Virus record (IMG/VR): IMGVR_UViG_3300034521_000090
Coordinates: 1-40,732 of that record
Source of the DNA: a virus
Lineage: Duplodnaviria > Caudoviricetes
Reading direction: 5' to 3' (one strand)
Length of the DNA stretch: 40,732 bases
A model generated the notes under the pieces. The model saw only the letters and a program-made list of their open reading frames with translations, had not been told where the DNA came from and searched no databases. A program made the translations under genes and the position numbers. Positions 1 to 8,437 of this stretch are shown here, piece after piece (positions within the stretch are counted from its first letter, which is position 1; each line of letters begins with the position of its first letter).

Positions 1-24
1 TTATATCCATTTAACTAAGGGGAC
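1..24 (-). repeat. att core (left); matches the 5' 24 nt of tRNA-Arg(CCU), argW-like; the rest of the tRNA presumably continues beyond the left edge
   Basis: ttatatccatttaactaaggggac is identical to 40709-40732. Reverse complement GTCCCCTTAGTTAAATGGATATAA matches the acceptor 5' strand and D-arm of enterobacterial tRNA-Arg(CCU) as I recall it. Confidence 0.9.
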
Positions 25-164
25 ATAGATCCAACTGATTTTCAAGCGTTCAGCTTGAGCCGCATGTTATCCTATCATTCCCCGTATCATCAAGCATTTC
101 ATTCCTTTTCTTTCCAATCCTTTCTTATCTTTCCGCTTAGAAAATCACTTCGTTCACTTGCCAT

Positions 165-209
165 TGCGTACAGATTGAGTACAGAATGCTGAAATTCAGT
201 GTGTACAGG
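165..209 (+). repeat. Putative integrase arm-binding repeats (TGnGTACA), left arm
   Basis: tgcgtacaga 165-174, tgagtacaga 176-185, tgtgtacagg 200-209; the same motif recurs near the right att. Confidence 0.65.
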
Positions 210-219
210 ATACAGAGCC

Positions 220-1389
220 GTGGCCCTCAGTGATACCAAACTTCGCAGCATAAATGCTAAGCCCTACAGCGGCGCACCCGAAGTCACAGATGGTGACGGC
301 CTGAGTGTACGCATAACCCCGACAGGAACGATTACGTTTCAACATCGCTACCGTTGGAACGGTAAGCCAGTGCGCCTTACTATAGGGCGCTATCCGGCAA
401 TGTCTCTGAAAGATGCTCGTGTCATCGTGGGTGAGATGCGCGAATTGTACCTCAAGGGACTAAACCCTAAAAATTATTTTGCTAAAGAAGATGGTGAGCT
501 AACGCTCAAGGAGTGTCTCGACCAGTGGTGGAGCAAGTATGTTGAAACGCTGAAACCAAATACACAAACATTGTACAAGTCTGTTGTGTACAACACCATG
601 TACACAGAATTTCCAGATGCACCGGTAGTAAATATTCCTGTTTCAGCCTGGGTAAGGTTCTTCGACAAGCAGGAAAAGACAAACGGGAAAAAGGCCAGAG
701 TGCTGCTTCTCCAGCTCCGTTCCGTAATGAACTGGTGTATAAGCCGACAGTTGATCGCTTCATGCGAAGTACTGAAGCTAAGCGTTAAGAACATAGGAAA
801 GAAACCTGATGTTGGTAGCCGGGTTCTCACCTATACCGAGTTGGCAAAAATATGGTTAGCGCTGGAAAACAACAAAATTGTTTCCTCTAACAAGGTACTT
901 CATCAGCTTCTGTTGCTTTGGGGGGCAAGGTTGTCAGAACTTCGTCTTGCTACCGCCAGCGAGTTCAATATGGATGATTTGATTTGGACAACGCCAGCAG
1001 AACATTCCAAGATGGGAAACGTGATTCGTCGACCCGTGTTTGACCAGGTAAAGCCTTATGTTGATAGGCTCCTGAATGCAGGAAATGATGTACTGTTTCC
1101 TGGTCAGGAGTTGGATAAACCTATAGATCGTTCGTCTGCGAATCTCTACATGAAAAAGTTGAGGGATAAGATTGATATTCCGGAGTGGCGAACGCACGAT
1201 TTCCGGCGTTCACTGGTAACGAATTTGTCAGGGGAGGGGGTTATGCCACATGTCACCGAAAAGATGCTTGGTCATGAGCTTGGGGGAGTGATGGCTGTGT
1301 ATAACAAACACGATTGGCTGGTGGAGCAGAAGGAAGCATATGAACAATATGCTGATAAAATATTGTGGCATGTTAAAAAAATCGGCTAA
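220..1389 (+). CDS. int: Tyrosine integrase with N-terminal arm-binding domain (P4/CP4-like)
   Basis: LSDTKL...DGDGL...GRYP N-terminus; catalytic R (GARLSE), K (HSKMG), HDFRR, LGH, Y (VYN). Likely start is GTG at 220 (ORF track opens at 199). Confidence 0.95.
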   Translation: MALSDTKLRSINAKPYSGAPEVTDGDGLSVRITPTGTITFQHRYRWNGKPVRLTIGRYPAMSLKDARVIVGEMRELYLKGLNPKNYFAKEDGELTLKECLDQWWSKYVETLKPNTQTLYKSVVYNTMYTEFPDAPVVNIPVSAWVRFFDKQEKTNGKKARVLLLQLRSVMNWCISRQLIASCEVLKLSVKNIGKKPDVGSRVLTYTELAKIWLALENNKIVSSNKVLHQLLLLWGARLSELRLATASEFNMDDLIWTTPAEHSKMGNVIRRPVFDQVKPYVDRLLNAGNDVLFPGQELDKPIDRSSANLYMKKLRDKIDIPEWRTHDFRRSLVTNLSGEGVMPHVTEKMLGHELGGVMAVYNKHDWLVEQKEAYEQYADKILWHVKKIG

Positions 1390-1444
1390 GACATCGGTTA
1401 GCTATGCCCTAATGTTGCTATGACGATTAAATAACGGAGTTAAA

Positions 1445-2302
1445 ATGTTTAATGAAATTCTGAAATGGATTCTCAGTGTCGCAACTTCTACCGGTGTTAT
1501 CACGCTTGCTCTGTATTTGATGCGAGGAACTCTGATACGCATTTTTACCAAAAAAATCGAACATCACTTCGAAAAAAAACTTGAGACTTTCAAAGCAGAT
1601 ATTAGAGAAAGCGAGAAAGAATTAGAACAGATTAGGTCATTCATCGTATCGTCCCGAAGAGATCGTGATGTAGCACTACAGGTTAAGCGTTTTGAAGCTG
1701 CTGAATCTATGATGCGTGCTCGCAAATCGCTTTCAGAATTCTCAATATTAGTAGAATATATGAAAGGTTTAAATATAGATGAAATCTTAAAGAAAGGTGA
1801 TGATCCCAAAATTATTGAATTTATAAATGTATTATTAAAACCGTTGAATATTGATGAAAAAATATCTTCATATTCACTATTCGATAAATCACATTTAAAC
1901 CTTTATCTAAGTGAGAAAACTATTAAGGTATTTGATGCTTATGAGATGATTATACTTCATTCGGTTACTATGATGAGGTTACTAAGCATGCCACTAAAAA
2001 ACAAAGACCATTTAATAAATAAAGGTGATATAAGTAAATTTGTAATTGAGGCGGCACCAACCTCTAAAGAAGGATTTGAGAAGTTTGGAGAGGACTATGC
2101 CCTTCACTGGGCTAACTATTTCTATAATGAGATATTAAAGTCGTTACGCAAAGAGTTACATGGTGCCGAAAATATGGAAAGAGATACAGAATCTGCAACT
2201 AGATTAGCTTTGGACTCCAGAAAGGCGCAACTAACTATGCGATCAACGCTTGACGCTGTTGGGCTTTCTGATGCTTTGCTAAAGCCAGTCGACAACAAAT
2301 AA
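1445..2302 (+). CDS. AT-rich accessory protein with N-terminal TM segment and coiled coil; function unknown
   Basis: 285-aa ORF, GGAG RBS, hydrophobic residues ~5-27, visibly lower GC than its neighbours. Confidence 0.8.
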   Translation: MFNEILKWILSVATSTGVITLALYLMRGTLIRIFTKKIEHHFEKKLETFKADIRESEKELEQIRSFIVSSRRDRDVALQVKRFEAAESMMRARKSLSEFSILVEYMKGLNIDEILKKGDDPKIIEFINVLLKPLNIDEKISSYSLFDKSHLNLYLSEKTIKVFDAYEMIILHSVTMMRLLSMPLKNKDHLINKGDISKFVIEAAPTSKEGFEKFGEDYALHWANYFYNEILKSLRKELHGAENMERDTESATRLALDSRKAQLTMRSTLDAVGLSDALLKPVDNK

Positions 2303-2321
2303 AATAAAGATTGCTAAACAT

Positions 2322-2507
2322 TCAAATTGTACGATTAACACCGCCTTCTTCAATCCAGCGCGTTACGGCTCTACGGCTATAACGTGTTGGGTACGTAAGT
2401 ACTGGTTTTGGAAAACCATGCTCTTTACGTAACCGCCATACCGCAGTTTTTTTCTTTTTGAGCAGTTCGAAAACCTCCTGCTCTTCCATAAAATCGGTAG
2501 TAGTCAT
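2322..2507 (-). CDS. AlpA-like excisionase / recombination directionality factor
   Basis: Small basic HTH pattern EVFELL..KTAVWRLRK..GFPKP...V.RWI; last gene of the leftward operon; ATG 2507 with GAGGTG RBS. Confidence 0.8.
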   Translation of the reverse strand: MTTTDFMEEQEVFELLKKKKTAVWRLRKEHGFPKPVLTYPTRYSRRAVTRWIEEGGVNRTI

Positions 2508-2589
2508 GGGCACCTCATCAAAAAATTACCGTTAAAAATACATGTTCCACATCCGCCGCGAGCGCCTTCAGTACATGCGTCGCAACGAT

Positions 2590-3075
2590 CTACTTTTTTC
2601 GCTCTAACTCCTGATGTTGAGCCGTTTTGATGTGCAGACGAGGTTCTCCCTCTTTCGGTTCAGGCCACTGGCGTGTTTTGTTTATTACCAACTTCTCTAT
2701 CATCGCCTGTGTAATCTGCTCATCGGTGATACCGGAACGACACTGCGCATCCCATAACAGGAATTGCATGTCAGCCCATTCGCTAAGGTCGCCTGGTTCC
2801 GCAGCGGCCTCGAGCGCTTCTTTGGAAAGGTGCTTCAGCGGACCAACTGGACCGACATCGCCGAAAGTAGCCTGTGACCATGCTGCATGTTCACGGCGTA
2901 CTTGCTCACGGGATAACGACTCCAGAACTCCATCAATCACCTTCACAGCATCAGCCATTGCGTATCCGAGATTGCCGCCGTCGCTTTGTGCTGATGCTTT
3001 GCTGAGTATTTCGCGTATCTGGTGCAGGCGATCGAGTGATAAAGGGCTGTGTGCCGGGTGGTTGTTAGTTGTCAT
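2590..3075 (-). CDS. DUF550 / Eaa-like protein (MazG-like dNTP pyrophosphohydrolase fold)
   Basis: HAAWSQATFG..GPLKHLSKEALE...EWADMQFLLWDA...K.RQWP motif. Confidence 0.8.
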   Translation of the reverse strand: MTTNNHPAHSPLSLDRLHQIREILSKASAQSDGGNLGYAMADAVKVIDGVLESLSREQVRREHAAWSQATFGDVGPVGPLKHLSKEALEAAAEPGDLSEWADMQFLLWDAQCRSGITDEQITQAMIEKLVINKTRQWPEPKEGEPRLHIKTAQHQELERKK

Positions 3076-3078
3076 GGG

Positions 3079-3429
3079 TTAGTCCTCACCGAATGTCTGA
3101 ATGCAGGTGGTTTTGCCAACGAAACGGGCTGAACCTTTTCTTTTTGGCAGGCGGTATTCACCATCGAACCGATAGATTCCTACCGCAGTGCATGGCCCGT
3201 TGCCGGTTGTCAGTTCGTAGATAAAATCCTCACGGTCATGGAAATACCCCGGACCTTCGCCGAACGTAGGGAAGTCGCTGTAAACCACATCCATGTCACC
3301 GTGCTGACCATTGATAAAAATGAAGTAACCAGCGTGTCTATCGCCAGGCTTAGCATCAAGGTGTTCGAACGTCTGATACATCACAGTGGCCTGGTGTTCT
3401 GCCCCAGCCATTCCAAGTAATTCGCGCAT
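3079..3429 (-). CDS. Hypothetical phage protein
   Basis: 116-aa ORF tightly packed in the leftward operon. Confidence 0.7.
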   Translation of the reverse strand: MRELLGMAGAEHQATVMYQTFEHLDAKPGDRHAGYFIFINGQHGDMDVVYSDFPTFGEGPGYFHDREDFIYELTTGNGPCTAVGIYRFDGEYRLPKRKGSARFVGKTTCIQTFGED

Positions 3430-3430
3430 C

Positions 3431-3712
3431 TCATTCCCCCTTCACGCCAATGCCAGCGGCGCGGATTGCTTCGTCGAAGAACCGAGTAATTTCTGTGGCT
3501 TTATCACCAGTGACTCGATATCTGTATGGTTGCCCGGCTGAATCCAGAGTGTCACCCAGCGCATACCAGTCGTCAGAATACGGACAAGATTCAAATTTCC
3601 GACCATCTCCACCAGTGACATAACGATTACGTCGATTCACTCCGCGATGGGTGCAACTACCACCTTGCCAACAGGTTGCGCCTTCTGGCTTAAAGTCTCG
3701 CTTTCCCATCAC
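3431..3712 (-). CDS. Hypothetical phage protein with an Ea22-type C-terminal tail
   Basis: Overlapping start/stop with the upstream gene; ends IRAAGIGVKGE, typical of ead/ea22-region proteins. Confidence 0.65.
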   Translation of the reverse strand: MMGKRDFKPEGATCWQGGSCTHRGVNRRNRYVTGGDGRKFESCPYSDDWYALGDTLDSAGQPYRYRVTGDKATEITRFFDEAIRAAGIGVKGE

Positions 3713-4029
3713 ATATCCTCCACACTGAATCCAGCCAGACGAACCTGACGCTTAGCCAGTGTGATAGCGTCCTCATAAGCCTTTTCTTGCTCAGTCCAGT
3801 AGCCGTTTGTTTTTGGCAGCAAAACGGGATTAGCTAATTTTTCCTCCAGTTCTGCTATGCGCTTCTCTGCGGCTTCCAGTGCTGCAATGAGACGGTCGGT
3901 ATACTGTTCAACGGCTTCCGCTATATCGCGAATCTCAGCGCTATTAGCTTCAACGATGAGACGAGAAAGCATGTGCTGATTTGCGTGTTTATCAGTGCTC
4001 AGCAGCGCCTGTTTGTTGAGTGCTGTCAT
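3709..4029 (-). CDS. Ead/Ea22-like protein
   Basis: MTALNKQAL start and LEAAEKRIAELE coiled coil. Confidence 0.75.
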   Translation of the reverse strand: MTALNKQALLSTDKHANQHMLSRLIVEANSAEIRDIAEAVEQYTDRLIAALEAAEKRIAELEEKLANPVLLPKTNGYWTEQEKAYEDAITLAKRQVRLAGFSVEDM

Positions 4030-4214
4030 TGGGCTGCTCCCTTTTCCAATTTACGGCGACATGCAACACAGTCATCAGGGCTTTCGAAAGTGTCTGGTTC
4101 ACGGTCATGACCAAAGTACATCCAGCGACCACAGATGCTGGTGGCTTCATTCTCTGCGAAGAAATGGTGTTTATTGGCGTTAAGCGGCCTAGCCCATCCA
4201 GCTTTCTTGCTCAT
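4026..4214 (-). CDS. Small Cys/His-rich hypothetical protein
   Basis: KHHFF..SICGRW...CVAC; ATGA overlaps at both ends. Confidence 0.65.
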   Translation of the reverse strand: MSKKAGWARPLNANKHHFFAENEATSICGRWMYFGHDREPDTFESPDDCVACRRKLEKGAAQ

Positions 4215-4882
4215 AGCGAGGCTCCTTTGCGAAGTTGGGCGGCGAACTCATTGAGTATAGTTTCGTGATTTGGGCATATAGTCTGTTCGATATGACCAAT
4301 AGCCATCTCCACACCCTGCGCCTGCATTTCAGCAAGAAAAGCATCTGTAGCTGGGGTTTCAATTCTATTAATAATTGCGAGCATCCCCGCTCTCAGTGAC
4401 TCGTCTTCAGTTGCTCCGTTTTGAGTTGCAACCTCAGCAGCTTCGTAACCGTAATCACTCTGTGACAGCCAGTTATCTGGATTTTTAAGCGCCGAGTTCT
4501 CCGCCGCCAGCGCAGAAAACTTCTCGTGCGCCAACTTAACGGCGGCATCAGCCTGCTTAAGTGACTCCATCGCTTTTTCGTTATCCGCCGCCAGCTCCCT
4601 GCACTTGCTCTCGGTGGCTTCCAGTTCATCCAGCATCGCCAGAACGTCCGGGTCGCTAACATCGACGACAGTGACTCGGGACTGTTCATAATGGTCATCT
4701 GCGATACTGCGGCCTGTGGCGTAGTGGCAACCTTTATCGTCGTAGGTTTCCCCTGTACACCCATAAGTGATGCGGATGGCAGACATACGCTGTACTGTCA
4801 TTTCCGCGCCGCAAATATGACATTTCGGTACCGGTTGCGGGGAGTAATACTCACGCAGTGCCTGTTTGTTTAGTGCTGTCAT
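4211..4882 (-). CDS. Ead/Ea22-like protein with N-terminal CxxC
   Basis: MTALNKQAL, PDVLAMLDELE, ETPATDAFLAEMQAQGVE, FAAQLRKG motifs. Confidence 0.8.
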   Translation of the reverse strand: MTALNKQALREYYSPQPVPKCHICGAEMTVQRMSAIRITYGCTGETYDDKGCHYATGRSIADDHYEQSRVTVVDVSDPDVLAMLDELEATESKCRELAADNEKAMESLKQADAAVKLAHEKFSALAAENSALKNPDNWLSQSDYGYEAAEVATQNGATEDESLRAGMLAIINRIETPATDAFLAEMQAQGVEMAIGHIEQTICPNHETILNEFAAQLRKGASL

Positions 4883-5958
4883 TGGGCGGCCCCCACCTCG
4901 AATGTCCCCGTTGTAATAGCCATAGAAAGCCTCTGTGCTGCAGCTTTCTGTGCCGTAACGCTGGCAATTACCGTGGCTCTTACTTTGCTGGCATCAGCAC
5001 AGACACCGTCCCAGGAAGATATAAGGAAGAAGTCTTCCAGTTCAGTCATTGTGGCTTTTGTCACCAGTTCTTCGATCATCTGCACGATGATGTGCGCTGG
5101 GCGATGTCTGAGCAGTTCCTGAATTGCGTAACCGAACGCATTGATCATCACCGCGTGAAACTGAATGTAATCTCGTTTGTATTCCGTGGGGGATACACCA
5201 TGTCGGATACCTTCTATAGCCGTCAGCTTCAGCCAAGCTTCCCAGAGGTCATAAATATCGCCAGTAGACAGAGCGTCGTCCCCGTTACCCGCGAATTTTG
5301 CAGTTGCATCACCAACGGCCTTAAAACTAATCCACAGGTCACTTTTTGCCGGAACCACACTGTGTTCAAAGTCGGTGATCTCGGAGAACACTGCGTGAGT
5401 GGAGAGGAATGACACCATCGTCTGGGCAATCTGATCCCTTCCGTTATAGGCCATATTTATTGCGGCTGATGGCTTGGAGACGTTGTTATTAATATCTGAG
5501 AAGAATTGCTGACGTGTCTTCAGCGGGAGTTGCAGAGTCATCATCAACGGTACATGCAAGATTGCATCATTATCTCTGCAGAACTGAGATATACCCGCAG
5601 CGCGGTGCTGTCCGTCAAAAAGTTTAATTTCGGCGTCCATAGGGAACCGAACAACGCCGACGTTTGTATTACCGAACTCTTCGAACTCAACATGTGAAGC
5701 ACAATTACCTACCAGCGGTGGGATGATGAATGGCTCTTTATTTTCTGCTGCTGTAACCAGATAATCGTAAAACTTTTTGACGCGTGATTTGTTTATTTCG
5801 CGCTGAGAGCGTTCGAGGGTGTGTCCGTAATTATCGGAAGCCAGTACACGGGATAAGGTTCGCCCTGGAACGTTCATAAGAAGAATAAGCGTATTCCCCT
5901 GTAACCCACGAGAGGCTGGGAATTCGAAGTAATATTCCATGCTTGATTTGCTCATCAT
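4879..5958 (-). CDS. DGQHR-domain (DndB-like) protein
   Basis: SQREINKSRV..., literal DGQHR, QQFFSDINNNVSKPS. ATG 5958 preceded by AAGAGG. Confidence 0.85.
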   Translation of the reverse strand: MMSKSSMEYYFEFPASRGLQGNTLILLMNVPGRTLSRVLASDNYGHTLERSQREINKSRVKKFYDYLVTAAENKEPFIIPPLVGNCASHVEFEEFGNTNVGVVRFPMDAEIKLFDGQHRAAGISQFCRDNDAILHVPLMMTLQLPLKTRQQFFSDINNNVSKPSAAINMAYNGRDQIAQTMVSFLSTHAVFSEITDFEHSVVPAKSDLWISFKAVGDATAKFAGNGDDALSTGDIYDLWEAWLKLTAIEGIRHGVSPTEYKRDYIQFHAVMINAFGYAIQELLRHRPAHIIVQMIEELVTKATMTELEDFFLISSWDGVCADASKVRATVIASVTAQKAAAQRLSMAITTGTFEVGAAQ

Positions 5959-5966
5959 AAAACCTC

Positions 5967-6176
5967 TTATCTTGCTTTTTCTACCAACGCAATCCACTGC
6001 GGAGCCAGAGTTTCTTCTGCCTTTGCCCGGCTACTGGCCGGTCCGTTAAGCTTCACGCTGTAATGGTCATACGGGCATCTGATACCACCCCAAACCCAGC
6101 CAAGATGATTGGGTTTCAGCGAGTATTCGGGCATGTTTCCGCATGTTGGGCATCTTGGTAAATCAGACTGTTTCAT
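5967..6176 (-). CDS. Small zinc-ribbon protein, possibly Lar-like (restriction alleviation)
   Basis: LPRCPTCG...IRC...W pattern; start ATG 6176 overlaps the ParB-like gene end. Confidence 0.5.
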   Translation of the reverse strand: MKQSDLPRCPTCGNMPEYSLKPNHLGWVWGGIRCPYDHYSVKLNGPASSRAKAEETLAPQWIALVEKAR

Positions 6177-6960
6177 GACGAAATTCCCGAAGAATAGAGA
6201 TAATTTCAGCCTGCATTGCTGGTGGCACTTCAATAGTCAGCACTTCACCAGAGTCCTCTGCACATGAAGAAATAAGCTCAAGAAACTTTCTTGCTTTTCC
6301 GGCATTAAACTGAGGATTGGCGATGCTCTTGGTTATTTTTTTCTTACCTGCGGCTTCAGCTTTCTTCATCAGACGTGAAGCTTCGCGATCGGCATACACA
6401 CCATGCTCGCGGGAGATACCGATGGCGATGGCATAATTCATGGAACCATCACGAACGAGTTTTTTGATATATGGAGTACATTCGTGAAGTTGAAGGTGTT
6501 GCAGAATATCGGACTCAGAACGTTTAACTTTTGCCGCTATTTCTGAAGGACTCCAGCCCTGATTCTGAAGGCGATGATATGCAGCGCCACGTTCAAGAGG
6601 AGTAAGCGCCAATCCCTGCGAACTGGTTACCATGAAGGCGATCTTGTCGGCTTCACTACCGACGAAATCTTTACATTCCAGGCGCACGATGTCGTGGCCC
6701 ATTTCGATAGCAGCCAGCGCACCATGATAGCGGTGATGGCCGTCGATAACTTTCACACCACGCTCGGTAACTTCTACAGCCAGTGGCGGGATGTACTCAC
6801 CGGCAATAAACGCATCGCGGAATTCTTCAACATGCGCCCGATTGAGTTCACGAACGTTGTAGCCTTCTTCGGCGTAAATTTTATCCAGCGGAACATTGTA
6901 GGTTTTGCGGGTTGTTAACCCGGCGTCTTTATCATTATAGAGCTGGCCTAAACTGGGCAT
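6163..6960 (-). CDS. ParB/Srx-family protein with HTH
   Basis: YNVR, IPPLAV, VIDGHHRY, LTPLERG...GWSPSEIAAKVKRS; AAGGAG RBS. Confidence 0.85.
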   Translation of the reverse strand: MPSLGQLYNDKDAGLTTRKTYNVPLDKIYAEEGYNVRELNRAHVEEFRDAFIAGEYIPPLAVEVTERGVKVIDGHHRYHGALAAIEMGHDIVRLECKDFVGSEADKIAFMVTSSQGLALTPLERGAAYHRLQNQGWSPSEIAAKVKRSESDILQHLQLHECTPYIKKLVRDGSMNYAIAIGISREHGVYADREASRLMKKAEAAGKKKITKSIANPQFNAGKARKFLELISSCAEDSGEVLTIEVPPAMQAEIISILREFRHETV

Positions 6961-7037
6961 GGTTACTCCTTCATGTAGTGGGAGAGTGCTTTGCTATGCG
7001 CCCGCATGGCAGGCGCATAAAACAACACACGGTGGGA

Positions 7038-7850
7038 TTAAACAGAGCCTTCGTAGATAGGAAGGTCTTCGCCAAGCTGGCTTTCCATATCGGTGACGAT
7101 TTCCTGGAATGCGTGTTCAACAACTTTCTTCGGTTCGATCAGCTCATACCAGAGGACCAGTTGACCATCACGCAGACGGTAGCGGATACGCGCATCGACC
7201 TGGTAAGGAGAGCCGTTGTGGAATGGCGAAATTGCCAGGCTGATTTTTTCCGGCATCTTGGTATTACCAGAACCTGATTTTTCATCGCTGAACTGGAACT
7301 GGCAGGTACCATCAGAAAGGCGTTTAACAGACTTAAACTCAGATTTGCGAGTCTCCTGGAATTCCAGCACCATTTCGAGCAGTTCAGTACCTGACGGTCC
7401 CTGGTATGAATCACTGACTGGCGCAACATTCTGAATATTGTTTTCCAGGAATTCAGCGAAGTTGATCTGGTCCATTTTGCTGCCATCGTTGGCAGCCCAT
7501 GATTTCCATTCGTCGGAGAACGGGCAGTCATAAACAGCTTTATGTGCAGCCCAGCTTGGATTGTCTGCGTTCTGGTGGAAATCCAGCACGGCGACAATGC
7601 GTGTTTTGGTTTTATCCGCAAAAACTACAGTACGTTCATCACGGAATCGCTGGATGTAAGCGATCAACGAACCCGGAGAAATCAGGTTAGCGCTCTGACG
7701 AATACGTGACGGAGCCAGTTGCAGAGATTCAAGGGATTTGACATCAAAGCCATCGGGTACAACAACTGACGGAATGTCCGTCTCGGTCTTCAGAGTTGCA
7801 GAGACCAGATCACGAATATCGAGTACGGCAGAGCCTTCAATTTGAGACAT
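7038..7850 (-). CDS. yfdQ: YfdQ family (DUF2303) protein
   Basis: AVLDFH, SDEWKSW, MDQINFAEFLENN, ARIRYRL motifs. Confidence 0.85.
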   Translation of the reverse strand: MSQIEGSAVLDIRDLVSATLKTETDIPSVVVPDGFDVKSLESLQLAPSRIRQSANLISPGSLIAYIQRFRDERTVVFADKTKTRIVAVLDFHQNADNPSWAAHKAVYDCPFSDEWKSWAANDGSKMDQINFAEFLENNIQNVAPVSDSYQGPSGTELLEMVLEFQETRKSEFKSVKRLSDGTCQFQFSDEKSGSGNTKMPEKISLAISPFHNGSPYQVDARIRYRLRDGQLVLWYELIEPKKVVEHAFQEIVTDMESQLGEDLPIYEGSV

Positions 7851-7893
7851 TGAATATTTCCTTATCAGATTGGAATAGTTGGTTCGGTGGGTA

Positions 7894-8253
7894 TTACTGG
7901 GCCAGCTTGATAGGTGCTGTTTGAGGCGCTGGGTTGATAACTTTTAAATCAAGAGAGCACTGATCCGGGTCATCACGGAGAAGGTCACCGTCAGCGGTGG
8001 AGAACATGATGGTTTCTGCGCGGTCCAGTTCCGGGATTTTGGTAGTTACCGTAGGCGTAAGTTTTATCATGTTCTCATTACGTTTATTTAGCGGTTTTAA
8101 CTTAACAGTCAGCGTTACCGCTCCCTCTTTGTTTGTTTCCATTACAGCTTTGGTTACTTCGGCCAGCGCCTCAGTCAGTTCAGCATCCAGAGTGCCTTTA
8201 TTGATATAAGCCAGTTGCTGGCTGAATGGTGTGGTGTTCTTTGTTTCTGACAT
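7894..8253 (-). CDS. YfdP-like protein (usual partner of YfdQ)
   Basis: ELTEALAEV..AV..T.K.G.VTLT...DGDLLRDDP.Q; directly upstream of yfdQ. Confidence 0.75.
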   Translation of the reverse strand: MSETKNTTPFSQQLAYINKGTLDAELTEALAEVTKAVMETNKEGAVTLTVKLKPLNKRNENMIKLTPTVTTKIPELDRAETIMFSTADGDLLRDDPDQCSLDLKVINPAPQTAPIKLAQ

Positions 8254-8265
8254 AGTTATCTCCAG

Positions 8266-8418
8266 TTATAAACGAGGATCGCCTTTCTGAGTGAGTAACC
8301 TGCATAACCAGCTACGCCTCCAGAAATTAGCGATTGTTTTTGGATTACGAACAGCCTGCACACCACGAGTGACGCGCATCAGGTCGCCGTAGTAAAAATT
8401 AACGTTACGGAAGGTCAT
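8266..8418 (-). CDS. Small 50-aa protein, possibly CIII-like (not in ORF track)
   Basis: MTFRNVNFYYGDLMRVTRGVQAVRNPKTIANFWRRSWLCRLLTQKGDPRL; GGTGA RBS; LLTQKGDP recalls lambda CIII ILNQPGVP. Confidence 0.5.
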   Translation of the reverse strand: MTFRNVNFYYGDLMRVTRGVQAVRNPKTIANFWRRSWLCRLLTQKGDPRL

Positions 8419-8437
8419 ATAAGTCACCATTTGATTA

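Noticed and set aside
6985-7030. Hairpin tatgcgcc...ggcgcata as a terminator
   Set aside because: No U-tract follows it on either strand; more likely a processing or stability stem of minor interest
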